Positions 1-11,974 of a DNA stretch of 64,000 nucleotides are shown here, piece by piece (position 1 is the stretch's first letter; every line of letters begins with the position of its first letter). The position numbers and the translations under genes were made by a program. This DNA is from Phallusia mammillata (Eukaryota). The stretch lies in assembly GCA_965637545.1 (NCBI GenBank), contig OZ281496.1, forward strand, positions 29,388,001-29,452,000. Direction: 5' to 3'. Under the pieces are notes generated by a model, which did no database searches, had not been told where the DNA came from, and was given only the letters and a program-made list of their open reading frames with translations.

Positions 1-208
1 AGTAAATGCTTCCTTGCAAGACAGTTTTGGCACATTGAAAAGCACAGCTAAAAATATTTTTGGGTGTTAAATAAGCAGATCAATGCCTCTGCTATTTTTC
101 TTCCACTAAAGAAAGGCATACATGTTGAAAGCAAATAAATTTCAAAGTTTCAATAATTATGACGAAACAGCTTTGGGCATCTTTTCTGTAAAATAAACTT
201 TTTCATAG

Positions 209-1828
209 GCTGATGTTACCTGCCCAGGATTTAAGGACTATCACCAGCGCATGGAGAGTTTTATTTTATGGTTTATTGATGCTGCCTCGTACATTGATGC
301 AGATGACGACAAGTGGGATTTCTATACTGTGTAAGTAGGCTTGAGAGAATTCCTTCCATCAAGAAAGTTACTGATATTTTTTAAAGGCCATCTTTTACAA
401 AACTCTAGCTATGACTTGCATTTATAATGTATTAGTTCACTTTGTTTTCTTTTTAGATTTGAGAAGGTTGTTGAAAGTGGAATAACAACCTTTAATTTTG
501 TCGGGTATTCAACCTGCTACAGATTCTATGCGTACCCAGACAGATGCAGACCAAGAATAAGGTGAGTTTCCAACATTCAATCAAATACTCTTGTCTTATT
601 GCTATGTGCCAGTTATATGTTCTAGCATTGAGTACATTGGGCATTAACCACTGCATTTGTTTAAATTGTCCCAATTTTGGTTCAAGGTCAGTGAAAATAT
701 ATTATTTTTGCAGTCAAGTTCTAGTGCTGCCAGTTTATCAGAAACAAGGTCATTGTACTGCGTTACTTTCCACTATATACCAACAATACACAAACAACAG
801 CAGTGTGGTTGACATCACAGGTCAGTGACTGTCTGTCATATTTCTTGATAAAATTTTCTTACTTCTCGGTAAAATCCCAAGAAAAAAACTATAGCATTCT
901 CAAAGGATTAGCTAATTGGCATTACACATTAGCATTTATTATCAAAAGAATATAATTTTTTGTGAAAAGCTTGTGTTACTAAAATGCTTTTGCTTTCACT
1001 TTAAGTATTGTAACCTGCAAACATTTTGCGTTTTTACCTTTCAGCTGAAGATCCATCCGACAATTTTCAACGAGTGCGTGATTTTGTTGATGCAAAAAAC
1101 CTTGCACAGTTAAAAGCTTTTTGTCCAGCAAATCTTAAAGAATCATATTCAAAGGAAATGGAGAAGTCAGCTAAAGAAAACCATAAAATCAACAAGGTAT
1201 AGTGAAGTTATACTGTTTACAAACTTGTAGGTAGTATGACTGCTATTGTATTTGTACTTCTTATTTCAGAGGCAGGCCCGTCGAATATATGAAATTCTGC
1301 GTCTCAGTCACACAAACGAGCATGACGACGATGAATTTACAAAATACCGCCTGTCAGTAAAGGAAAGAATCAATCGTCCCTTCAAGGTGAAAAACCCAGT
1401 ACTAAAATCTTGCCTAAAACACCAGGGAATTCACCAAAGCAAAACATTGCTTTTGCATGGCCATTTGGGTAAACCCTAGAATTTTTGCACAATATTTTCC
1501 AGAAGGGGAAATTATTGGTATTTGGTTTTGGGTAATTTTGTTTTCTAATGAAGTGACTAATTGCTTTTTGAATTACTGCCAAACAAAAGTTGACATTAGC
1601 ACTTAAAATGTGTAAGTCACCACTTTTGGTCTTAAAGTTGGTTTAAAGATTTGCTGCGAAGTTTACCCTTGTTTTTATCCTTAGAATGAAAGTATGCGGA
1701 AAAAATCTCGCCTTTTGCACGACCAGCTCGTACCACAGGCAGAAGAACGTCGCCTAATACTACAGAAAGAATTCGAAAAATGTTTGGAGGAATATAGAAA
1801 AGTTGTGTCCCGTCTACAGGCCTGTTAA
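209..1828 (+). CDS. HAT1: Histone acetyltransferase type B catalytic subunit, 3' portion (5' exons lie before the window)
   Basis: Exons 209-330, 457-561, 714-820, 1045-1196, 1270-1386, 1685-1828, all GT-AG and phase-compatible. They translate to ADVTCPGFKDYHQRMESFILWFIDAASYID..WDFY, FEK..VGYSTCYRFYAYPDRCRPRISQVLVLPVYQKQGH, DITAEDPS..RVRDFV, ARRIYEILRL..YRLSVKERINRPFK..EEYRKVVSRLQAC*, colinear with HAT1. Confidence 0.96.
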
Positions 1829-2610
1829 AGTTCCAACTGATTTTCATGTTCTTTTTCGTTTATTGCATCTTCACAATGGTTTCTTAAATACTGCCAACTT
1901 ATGCTTTCTCTTGTGTAGATATTTGTGACTTTCAGAGTAAATCTTTTCAGCCAAAATCTAAGTGTCATTTTTTGTCTGACTGCACTGGTATCAATATAGA
2001 TTACAGTTTTCTTATTAGGTGGCCTGATTTGGCCCCTGCAATTTACAGCAACAACTTACCTCAATGCAGCAAATACCAACAGTTAAATCTCACTTACCTT
2101 AGAGCCCACAAACTTTTTTCTTGGTGTAAAAGTCAGGTTAACCTTAAACTTACCTAGAAAAGTTTGTGGCCAAAACAAGTTTCTTCAAATGCCTTCTTTG
2201 TCGGCCTCATATTCTGTATGTCATATATACTTACCTTGATTTCATTGCAACTGTACAAACCTGCCCTTACTTCAACTCAATCCAAGACTGTTTAGCTTTG
2301 GTTTTTGTGCCACAAAGAGGCAATAACTAAGAAAAAGCATCTGTCTTCTTAAAAACTTGAAAAAAGACAAACCAATAAAAAACAACACCTCTAGTGATAA
2401 AATGCAACGCAAGTCATAAAAACAGCAACAACAGTTTAAAACTATGATTGGTTTTACAAAAATCATTATAAAAACTCAGAAAAAAGGCACTCAAAATGGC
2501 AACTCTAGCAGCATCATTGCTGGCAGCACAAAAGCACCAAACATCTTGGTCTAGCAGCATGAGATTATGAAAGCTTTTTTGAAGAACTTTGAAAAGGTAA
2601 AACTGGTTGT

Positions 2611-5600
2611 CTATCGGTACGGCTTCGGCATACAAACATCAGCAAAGAAGTTGTGTTGCAAAGCAGTTTTGGCAGTGATTCTTTGGACAGGATCATAAAC
2701 TATCATTTTCTAAAATGAAACAATTGAAGTTAGATATTTCACAGTACGTCGATAAGTATGCCTTAATGGCAGGTCTACATCGACGCTTCAGGGCTGATCC
2801 CAGTATGAATTTATTCATCTTAGAAGTTAGATATTTTAATAGTAGTTACCAAAATTAGTAACATCCATTTCTTTCTGACAACTCAAATTGCAGCAACCCA
2901 TTTTTTCCTAAATGACCATCTTGATCACACCTTTTTAAAACTAGATTTTAAATTAAGTTTAGCCGAATAACCACCACAAAAACATTAACTGGTTAACTCT
3001 GTAGTATATAATAGCCTAATTATTTTAGAGAAATTACCTCCATAAGGTTTATTCCACAAGAGTCCAAATCCGGAAACACTGATTGAAAAGACTGTTGTGG
3101 CCATTGTGGAAATTTGTTTTTAAAGTCAGGCAGTGAAGTGACACCGGGCCATATGTTTTCTGTGGGAGTCCCAAGTGTGCGGAATATTCGGAACAACTGA
3201 TCGATTTCGGAGTCACCAGGAAATAAAGTCTTTTTGTGAATCTGTGACAGAAAACAGATGCAAATGACAAGTGATACCTTGGTGATTGCTGTATACAAAC
3301 AGTAGGACTGCCAGAAGTCCGGAATTCCCCAGACATGTCTGGAATTCGGGCGTAAAATCATGTCTGGAACTAATTTTAAAATACACTCCAAATGTCCGAA
3401 AATCAGTATGTAGAAATGTAGTATGGTGCCAGTTTGGTTTCGAGAAAGGTATTTATTAAAATTGTAATTCTGTCTATTGGATACAGTAACCCTAACATAC
3501 AGTAGGAACCACATACAAATATACCCAGTTAATGACATAACTGCTAATCTCACTAACCATTTCAGAAAAGATACAACCAATGCTCCAAATATCCACAGCC
3601 GCTGAGTAATACTTTGAACCAAGCAAAATTTCTGGAGGTCTGTACCAAAGAGTGATCACCTGGGCAACACAATGTTAGATAACTTTGTAATCATAAATAT
3701 TAATAGTCATGGTTGCACTTACTTCATGTGTGTACATACGAACGGGGACACCAATTGCTCTTGCGAGGCCAAAATCTGCCAATTTGATGTGACCTATATC
3801 ATCAATCAATAGATTTTGTGGTTTAAGGTCCCTGTGTAGAACTCGATGAGAATGACAATATGCAATTCCCTGGAGCAACTGGTGAAGGTAACTCTGTAAC
3901 CACACAAAAAACATAATCGTTAAGTTAGTTTATTGCTACAAACATTCCTTACAATATCAAAAATCAGTTGTATAACTACAGCCGTAAATGTCACAACAAA
4001 CAAAAAAGTGTAAGAACAAGTGGTTGCGGCCCATAGAAGAAAGCACTCAACATTTTTATCCTTCTCAAGTTCTTATTGTAAATTCAATTCTGGAGTATAT
4101 AATAGCAATCCTGTGTCGACTTTAAATATAGACAGGGAAGGCATAAAATACAAATGATGGTAAAATGGCTGTTTAACCAAATTTGTCATTTGCTAATAGT
4201 ACTTTCCTGAACAGTCCATTAACACATGAACATTTCTTAGATGCAAAATATTTTATCTTAGATGTCATTAAACCTAAAAGTACTACATACAGGTTAGATT
4301 GAATTTATGTGGTGCAAAAATCACAAAATTATTGGGACTATTTATGTGTGGTGAATTAAATTCAATATTAAATTTGCCATTAAATATCAAACTAACACAG
4401 AAATAGTTTTTTAGACAGTACCTTTGCAAGAGGAAGTGGTAATCCTGACTTTTGATCATCCATAAATTTCTTCAGGTCCTTGCTTAAATATTCAAACACC
4501 AAATACAATTTCATCTCACTGTGTATGACATCCATTAGTCTGAAACACACAAATGTTTGTAAAAAGTCACTAGTAAGGTAGCAAATTAGGCAGGATCATT
4601 GGTAAAAAAAAACATAAACAAGTTTAAGCGTGGTGCAAGCAATTATGACAAAAAGCAGAGTATTCCAATTTCCAAAAACTGATATAATCCAACAAACAAC
4701 TGGCTTCATGAAACAAAGGGAGAAAATTTACAAAAATTGATAAAATGTAAGAATGTCAGACAGCAAAACACATAAAAAGCCTATCATGTAAATGTTAAAA
4801 TGCAAATTATGATTTAAAATGTAAACTACTTAATCCAAACCTACTGCACAAAGACAAACAAATTTTGAGAAGCATGGCTTACCTAACAATATTTGGGTGA
4901 TCAAGCTCCTTAAGAAGTGAGATTTCCCTGATGGCAGTACTTGGCACTCCTTCAGTTTCACTACAAAATACAAAAAAATAAACAGAAACAGAAAATAGAA
5001 CAAGTAACAGCAGCCAGTCTGCAGAACATGGCAGTTCCCGACGAGATCTCGCGCGTGCAGGACCTATATGTCCCACGTGCGCGCGTGCACGGCCAATTAA
5101 TTCGCGTGCAAGACCAATTTCAACAGGCGCAAAGCAAGCGATAGAGTTTAAGATAGGACAATTAATGCCTTTGATGCGAAATTTCCGCATGCAACATTTT
5201 TTTTTCAAAACTAAATCGCGTGTGCAGCTGCCATACTCTGCAGACTGGAACAGCAGTAATTGCCTGAACGAAACACCCAAAAAAGCAGTTTTAAATTATC
5301 TTTTTTTGTAGACTTGATTCAAAAAATAGCAGATGCATATCTAAGGAACTGGCAAAATTTTTACTATGTAACACAATTAATTATCTTCACTGTATTTACA
5401 AATTTGCAAGCATCTGTCTTTATGCAATTAGATGTAAAAACAGGATTTGCTTGGTCGATTTTTGTCTTTGTCGACACAAAATTCAAAATATATGACATTT
5501 TTTATGTCCAAAGTTTTACATACGTGTCCAAGCGAATTTTTTTAAGCGCGACCATTTTTCCAGTCAGTTTGTCCAAAGCTTTGTACACAATTCCGTATGT

Positions 5601-5639
5601 TCCTTCTCCAATCTTTTCAATTTTATGAAATCCGTCCAT
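2611..5639 (-). CDS. CDK2: Cyclin-dependent kinase 2/3, 295 aa, 7 exons
   Basis: Exons (minus) 5524-5639, 4883-4960, 4422-4539, 3723-3893, 3558-3659, 3038-3241, 2611-2709; 888 nt in frame. Motifs: [45 protein letters not shown]-terminal [22 protein letters not shown]. Intron positions match the vertebrate CDK2 pattern. Confidence 0.96.
3303..3494. mobile_element. Degraded hAT-like MITE in CDK2 intron 5
   Basis: Termini TAGGACTGCCAG ... CAGTAACCCTA (degenerate inverted repeat), flanked by near-identical 8-mers ACAAACAG (3295-3302) and ACATACAG (3495-3502). Confidence 0.55.
5014..5248. mobile_element. 235-bp MITE with 8-bp TSD in CDK2 intron 1
   Basis: 21-bp TIR CCAGTCTGCAGAACATGGCAG / CTGCCATACTCTGCAGACTGG (2 mismatches); perfect TSD AACAGCAG at 5006-5013 and 5249-5256; internal GCGTGCA repeats. 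Confidence 0.85.
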
Positions 5640-6398
5640 GGTTTTGATTTTGATTCCGGTATCGAAAACTTGTCTGCAAAGAAATTAATGCCAACAAACA
5701 AACTCGTCAATGTGGTTTGTTTGTGGCTGCCAAAATGAAATGATCGCAAAAAAATAGCGGCAAAATTTTTGCACTTAACACTCATCCAACAATCCTTTCA
5801 GTCATCCGTTTAAGCACCAAACAATGTTTTTTTTTACCAAAGAAAAGTCAAAACATAAAAAAGAGCATTTTTTTGCTTAAAGAACAACATCAAAATTTCA
5901 TTACTTAAATCTTCATGCATTTTACAGCTCTTAAAGTCATTAGTTTAAATATACTCAAATTGCTTAAATAAACAAAATGAAATTTTAATAATTGCACTTA
6001 TCAAATTAATTGCTTTAAACATAGACATCATAAAAACATACGATTTCGATGGTTTCACAGCAAAGTGTCAACAATGCAGTTTAGCTGCATGAGGAAACCA
6101 ACTTTGCATTTATAAATGAGCTTTATTGTTCGTGTTTACTTTAGCTTTAAGCTTTGCAGACGTGTAAACAGAGCTTACTGGATAGAATGTATGGATTTAA
6201 AAGGATTTTGTCCACAGGAAGTCTTGCTAATCACTAATCAGATTTTTCCACGAGTTAAAAAATAAGTGTAAATCGCTGTTTATTAATTGGCTCATTTTTA
6301 TGTTTTCTTTACTTGATTTACACAATATGTTGCTTTTTTTATAACAGAATCATTTAAAAACATTGCAGTTTAATCGGTACATAAAAATACTGTGTAAT

Positions 6399-7352
6399 AT
6401 GGTGTTAAAATACATCAGATATATTCTTTTATTTTGCCTTCTATTAACGGTGGCAATATGTACATTGGTATGGCAAGCATCTTCGACCAAAGAATACAGC
6501 CGTTCCACATATGGCAAAATGCGGAAACTACCTCAAAACTATTTCATTGATGGACCATTAATAACGCAAGTTGTATATAATCGTATTGGAAAGTGCGGCA
6601 GTCGATCTTTGAACACAATTATACATTCACTGTCAAAGAAGAATGAATTTCATTTTTACACATCTCCAGTAGGAAATGTTACAAGACCAAAAATTTTGGA
6701 TCTTATGAGTGAAGTGAGATTGATTGAGAGCATGCCAACTCCTATGCTTTACACAAGACACATTCACTTCATAAACTTTGAAAAGTTTGGACATCAGCCC
6801 CCAGTGTACATCAATGTTATTCGTGATCCAATTGAGCGCTTCGTATCTCAGTTTTACTTCAAAAGATACGGTGATAATCACATGGGTATGTCGCGTCTAG
6901 CACGGCCATGGCATGACGGAGAAAGAGACCTAGACATCAACACTTGTGTGCTGCGAAACTACAGCGAATGTTCTGGACTAAAATTGTGGTATGTTGTCCC
7001 GTACTTTTGTGGTCAATCCCCAATTTGCAGAGAACCTGGTAGAGATGCATTGCTAAGAGCCAAACGTCATTTGGTGGACAACTATTTATTGGTGGGGGTG
7101 CTTGAAGATTTCGAAGGGACCTTGCAGGTTTTAGAAAAACTACTGCCAACTTATTTTAACGGAGCAGTGAAAATATGGAAGAAAGTGGAGAACAAAAGTG
7201 TCAAAAACACTGCGACAAGAAATAAAGTTCCGTTGACGCCTGAAGCCGATGCTGTTTTAAGAGATAAAATGAAGTTGGAATATGAATTTTATGACTTCGC
7301 TTTTGCACTATACAGGCAATTGAAAGTTTTCCAATTAGGACTTGATTTATGA
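6399..7352 (+). CDS. UST: Uronyl 2-O-sulfotransferase (dermatan/chondroitin sulfate), 317 aa, single coding exon
   Basis: ATG 6399 gives a type II membrane anchor (YILLFCLLLTVAICTLVW). YNRIGKCGSRS is the UST-type 5'-PSB loop (HS2ST has YNRVPKTAS); also YINVIRDPIERFVSQFYFKRYGD and PYFCGQ. A splice acceptor at 6346-6347 lies upstream in the leader. Confidence 0.9.
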   Translation: MVLKYIRYILLFCLLLTVAICTLVWQASSTKEYSRSTYGKMRKLPQNYFIDGPLITQVVYNRIGKCGSRSLNTIIHSLSKKNEFHFYTSPVGNVTRPKILDLMSEVRLIESMPTPMLYTRHIHFINFEKFGHQPPVYINVIRDPIERFVSQFYFKRYGDNHMGMSRLARPWHDGERDLDINTCVLRNYSECSGLKLWYVVPYFCGQSPICREPGRDALLRAKRHLVDNYLLVGVLEDFEGTLQVLEKLLPTYFNGAVKIWKKVENKSVKNTATRNKVPLTPEADAVLRDKMKLEYEFYDFAFALYRQLKVFQLGLDL

Positions 7353-8155
7353 GATCTTTCATAACTTTGACAATGTGCTATCATATAGCTTTGTGTGTTT
7401 AATTTTTGTTTTGTGAACAATCTGTGAGAAACACCATGTGGTACAAATTAGTATGTTCTATTCATTTGTTTATTTTATTCATATTGAATTATAACACGAT
7501 ACATGAAATGTTTAAAACACTGCTTTAAACTTTTTGCTGCCTTGTGTGATGCCATTTATTCAACAATCAAATGTTTTGTTTTATTGCTTTTTTACAACTT
7601 GAAGCCTTGAGCTTTTTTTCTACCCAAGTAAGCAGTATTATATTCTTGTGTCATATGTGTAACCTGCACCACTAAACAGCAACCTTATGAAGTATATTGC
7701 AGCACTATTGTTTGTTGTACACTAAGATTATTAACGTTGGCAATTTGTAGTGTTGATTACAAACATAACTTCAAGACATGATTAGTTGTTTTTTTCATGC
7801 AAGTGTTATTCATTCCTCTCTTGTTCTCACATCTACATCATTTTTAAACATCAGCATGCTACCTTTTCACTTTGATGTCACATTTCTTCTGTGTTTTTCT
7901 CTGGTTACGATTTCAACACGGTATGATATTGTGGGCTAATTATGGTCCTTTTATGCATGATGTGAACAATTTGTATCAACACGAACCAGACATTTTTTTG
8001 CTTAAACTAAGCATTTATTTTGTTCCTCATGTTTGATAAAAATCTGTACTGCAATTTTTTCCATGGTGAACTCAATATGCGCCACAATTAAATTAAGTTT
8101 ATGTGTATTAACCCAATGTTTATTTGCTGTCTCCAATTGGACAGGCAGAATACAT

Positions 8156-8548
8156 TAGTGATGGGACGAGTACCCGGTATCGATGGTATCGAACGATTTC
8201 AGTGGTATCGATACTCGTACTCGGTATCGAAATATTTTGTCTCAGTTTTCGATACCAACGTGCAAGTACCGAAGGCCTGATTTACACCATAAGAATACGG
8301 GCAACTTTTGGCCAATATTTGCTTCGGACAGTACGAAATTGGAAAAAAGTTCTGCCAGTTTACGTACGTCTTTTTCGCTATCACGTGGTGATTACATTTT
8401 TCGGCATGTGTGTGCGCACGCCTTTACCCCGAGCATGGCAGATAAATTAGCTAGTGATATACAACTAAGTACAACACTACACTTAAGTACTCGGTATATA
8501 CATGTGGTACTCATACTCGCTTCAAAATCTGGTATCGTCCCATCACTA
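8156..8548. mobile_element. 393-bp hAT-family MITE
   Basis: Perfect 14-bp TIR TAGTGATGGGACGA / TCGTCCCATCACTA; perfect TSD GAATACAT (8148-8155, 8549-8556); subterminal GGTATCG repeats. Confidence 0.92.
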
Positions 8549-9060
8549 GAATACATAGTGTCAATAATCCCTTCAGATCTTTTTTGCAACATTATATTGT
8601 TTGTATTTTAAGTGCCGTTCACAAATAAAGAATAAATGCTTTTCCATCTCTTTAGTTAATTGTTTTGATTGGAGCGGTTAAGTCCCTGATAAGTTTCTTT
8701 ATGTGGGTGAAATTATAATAAACTCTTTGTTGCTAATTTGGGCTTCATGCCTATGAGATAGAAATAGATAAGTGTTAATGGATATCCATGGATCATGTGG
8801 CCACTTGGGAGTTCAGCTCAGCTGGACAGTACTGGCTTTACATACTTTTAAAATTGTATGCATTAGATTGTGGTTTACAACAAAAGTATCACGCTCACAC
8901 AAATGAAGATGTAAACTTTTTAATGTGACACAATACATGAAATGTAGTTGAAAATAGGAGAGGTTTAGGGTATTTTCTGTCAACCAGAAGCAGTTGTATA
9001 GTTTTGAGACACATACACCTTATCAATGCAGAAAAATCAACCAGGCATTAGATTTTAAAG

Positions 9061-9380
9061 CAGGGGTGGGCAACCTTTGTTACTGTAGGGCCAATTATAA
9101 ATGTCAAAATTGGATCGCGGGCCGCACATGTGTATAACACAAAGTGATTTTGCTTGGTTTTTTTACCAAATATGCTTAACTACAAGTATAATTCGTATTT
9201 GATCCTAGCCACATTTTGCCAGGTCGCGGAAAACTAGCATCAGGCGTATTAATCAGCTCAAAAATATGAAACAATTGGACTCGTTTGCCAGCACTTTTGA
9301 AATCCAAGCGTCTCTGCGGGCCACGCAACCTTTAATGAAGGGCCGCATGCGGCCCGTGGGCCCCAGGTTGCCCACCCCTG
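9061..9380. mobile_element. 320-bp hAT (Charlie-like) MITE
   Basis: Perfect 16-bp TIR CAGGGGTGGGCAACCT / AGGTTGCCCACCCCTG; perfect TSD TTTTAAAG (9053-9060, 9381-9388); GGGCCGC subterminal motifs. Confidence 0.93.
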
Positions 9381-9850
9381 TTTTAAAGCATTTAAACCTG
9401 AATTAATAATCAACAAAACACTGTAACTGTAAAAACAGGGTTAAAAGCGACAAAAAACATAACACATATTAAACGGAATGGCTTTTCGCAACAGAAAAAA
9501 AAAACTTGAAACGAAACCTTTGGGCACAACAACGAAAACCAAATAATTTGCCAATTGCAAAGCGATAATAAAAAGCGCCTTATAAGTTGTTGGAAAATCA
9601 CAGTGACATAATCACTTTATCCTTCAACATAATAAGAAACATACAAATTGGCTACACAAGCGAATTAACAATATTTTTCCTAAAACATACTTTTTTTATC
9701 TCTGATTTTATTCAACCAAAAATGCAATTGACATAAGTTTTGTAACAAATAGTAGGTTGGAAAAATACAATATACCATGCGTTTAAATTGAATAAATATC
9801 CTATTCACAAAAATGCAATTTACAAACACTGCGAAGTTTATAACAAAACA

Positions 9851-11974
9851 TCACAACTGCTTAAAAAGCCAAACCAATCCATCCTCAAGGCCATTTAAAT
9901 TGTCAACTGTGACATCTTGTACATACCAAGGCCTATCATTGATGCTAGCAAGATCAAGAAGAGAGGCAATCTCAATACATGGAATCCGCGGCGATAATGC
10001 ATTTTCTGTACAACATAAAACAAGCAGGGGCCTTCTGTTTGAGGGATGCTGGAGACCAGATATGCCTGTAAAGTTCATAATAGAAGAAAATGCTGAAGCA
10101 TCAGGCATATGTGCGTTATTTTCTTCAGTGGTATTAGTATGCTGTTGTGCTTGCTCTGTTTCATAACTTCGAATGCCACTGACAACAGCCTGCAGCTCAA
10201 GGCGATTGTAAGATAACTGCTCAAATGGTTGATCATTTGTTGCATCAACTACATATATTAGCCGACAATTCATGTCTCTCTCTTTTAGAAAGTTGTCAAC
10301 TGGTTCACGAAGTTGAAACTTGGGTAGAGCATTTACATCTGATTTTGTTTCGCTATCGTTTGCGGAAGTTGTCTCTGTTTCCTCTGGAGAAACTTCAACT
10401 AGAATATTGCTTTCTTGCAACCGTTTTAGTCCTACTCTTCTTTGACGATCTCTTCTGTTTCCGGAGTACAATGCAATCAAGTTAAAGCGTTTCTCCCCTT
10501 TAAATTCCAACTCGACACCAGACCCGACACCGTCTTGGCTGCCAGGCAAAAGACGCACTGTCATTAACAAGTCAGGCCGAGCCCACAAAAGACGACGAAA
10601 AATTTTACTGGTATTTGGTGACTCCATTCCAGGGCCCATCATTATCACTTCTCCACTCCCTGACCTCATTCGCATCCAAAGACTCCGCAAAAACCTTGGA
10701 AAGCTCTGGCTTGATGCTGCTAATGATTGGTTTCCTTGCTGCGGCATAGTAGTTGAATCAGTAACTACATCAATTGCTGGGGAATTATTTGATACAAGTC
10801 CAATTATTTGCTTGTCCTGTTGCCTTTGGTAAGCAGAATGAAAATACAAAGCTTTGTAGTTAACGTTACCCCTCGCACAAAGTTGCTGATGAAAATCCAA
10901 ATAGACGTTGTTTGAAGATACATTTTCACCATCTTGATGTGAATCATGCAAATCCAAATCATGCACTGGAATAAGTGGAGTGCTTTTCTGGCTTAAGTGA
11001 CTCCACTTGTTGATATCCCTGAACAGTAGTTCCCTCCATAAGAACTGGTCTCTGCACATTTCACTCCAATGTCGGCTTGTCATTGACAAGTGGCAGATGT
11101 CTGTGGTTTCCAGTTGGGAGAGAATAATTAGTTTGCAATAAAACGGCAAGTCATCAAGCTGAACTACATCAATCTTGAATTCATTTAAGCTGGTGTCATC
11201 TTTTGGTGTTACTTCTGCAACAAAACAAAAATAGATATTTTGAATTCCTGTAAAAACTTTGCACAAAAACACAATTATTTCATGGCATTTGGTGTGCTAT
11301 AAATCAGGGGTGTGCAATCTTTTTTTCTGTGGGGTGAAATACAATTTTCATGATTAGATCGCCGGTCGCACTGTCTTTATACAACAAGTTAATTTTACGT
11401 TGTTGCGTACCCAATATGCCTATTTTGAGTTAACAAGTACATTCCCATTTGATTATAGCAGATTATTGTCTGGACGCAGCAGAATAGCACCAAGTACATT
11501 AATCTGCCCAAAAGCGTATCATAATTGGACTTGTTTTTCAGTACATTTGATATCCAAGTGTCTCTGCGGGCCGCACAACCTTTATTCAAAGGGCCGCAGA
11601 TGGCCTGCAGGCTTCAGGTTGCACAGTCCTGCTATAAATAATCCAGGCAAGGAATTATAATATTTTAGTACAACTATTACTTACAAAAAGTTTAAAATGT
11701 TGTGCAAAAAATCATCTTTACACAACAGAAAAATGGTTTATTTACCAGGTCCTGTCAAATGAGAGGTTGGCATATGCCGAGGACTTTTTGTCATTCCATC
11801 TTTTAGCTTTGTCATGCATTGGTCTTTGAAATGGCGAAATGCATCAAAGATAGTCTTTTCATTGGTTCCGTTCACAGATAGTGAGGTTTGGTTTGGACGA
11901 AAATTGTTTTGATGCAAACCCATTGAACCCATTGAACCCTGGCATGCTGGTAGGTTTTTTACTGAAGAAGCCAT
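9851..11974 (-). CDS. FBXO4: F-box only protein 4, ~530 aa, two coding exons
   Basis: Exons 11746-11974 and 9851-11214, joined in phase 1 (G+AA = Glu). F-box DDLPFYCKLIILSQL..ICHLSMTSRHWSEMCRDQFLWRELLFRD; C-terminal GTPase-like fold ending RPLLVLCC..IPCIEIASLLDL..RPWYVQD..GLEDGLVWL, as in FBXO4. A likely non-coding first exon ends at a donor near 12349. Confidence 0.9.
11305..11631. mobile_element. 327-bp hAT (Charlie-like) MITE in the FBXO4 intron, related to the 9061-9380 element
   Basis: TIR CAGGGGTGTGCAATCT / AGGTTGCACAGTCCTG; perfect TSD CTATAAAT (11297-11304, 11632-11639); shares the ATCCAAG.GTCTCTGCGGGCC..CAACCTTTA..AAGGGCCGCA block with the 9061 element. Confidence 0.9.

Noticed and set aside
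3020-3622. 200-aa minus-strand ORF containing CDK sequence
   Set aside because: Read-through of CDK2 intron 5 (with a MITE) into exon 6; only 3038-3241 is coding in that frame.
4879-5280. 133-aa ORF ending in PSTAIRE
   Set aside because: The N-terminal part is the intron 1 MITE; the true exon is 4883-4960.
11738-11974. 78-aa ORF as an independent small gene
   Set aside because: It ends at a phase-1 donor that joins in frame to the FBXO4 main exon, so it is the first coding exon of FBXO4.
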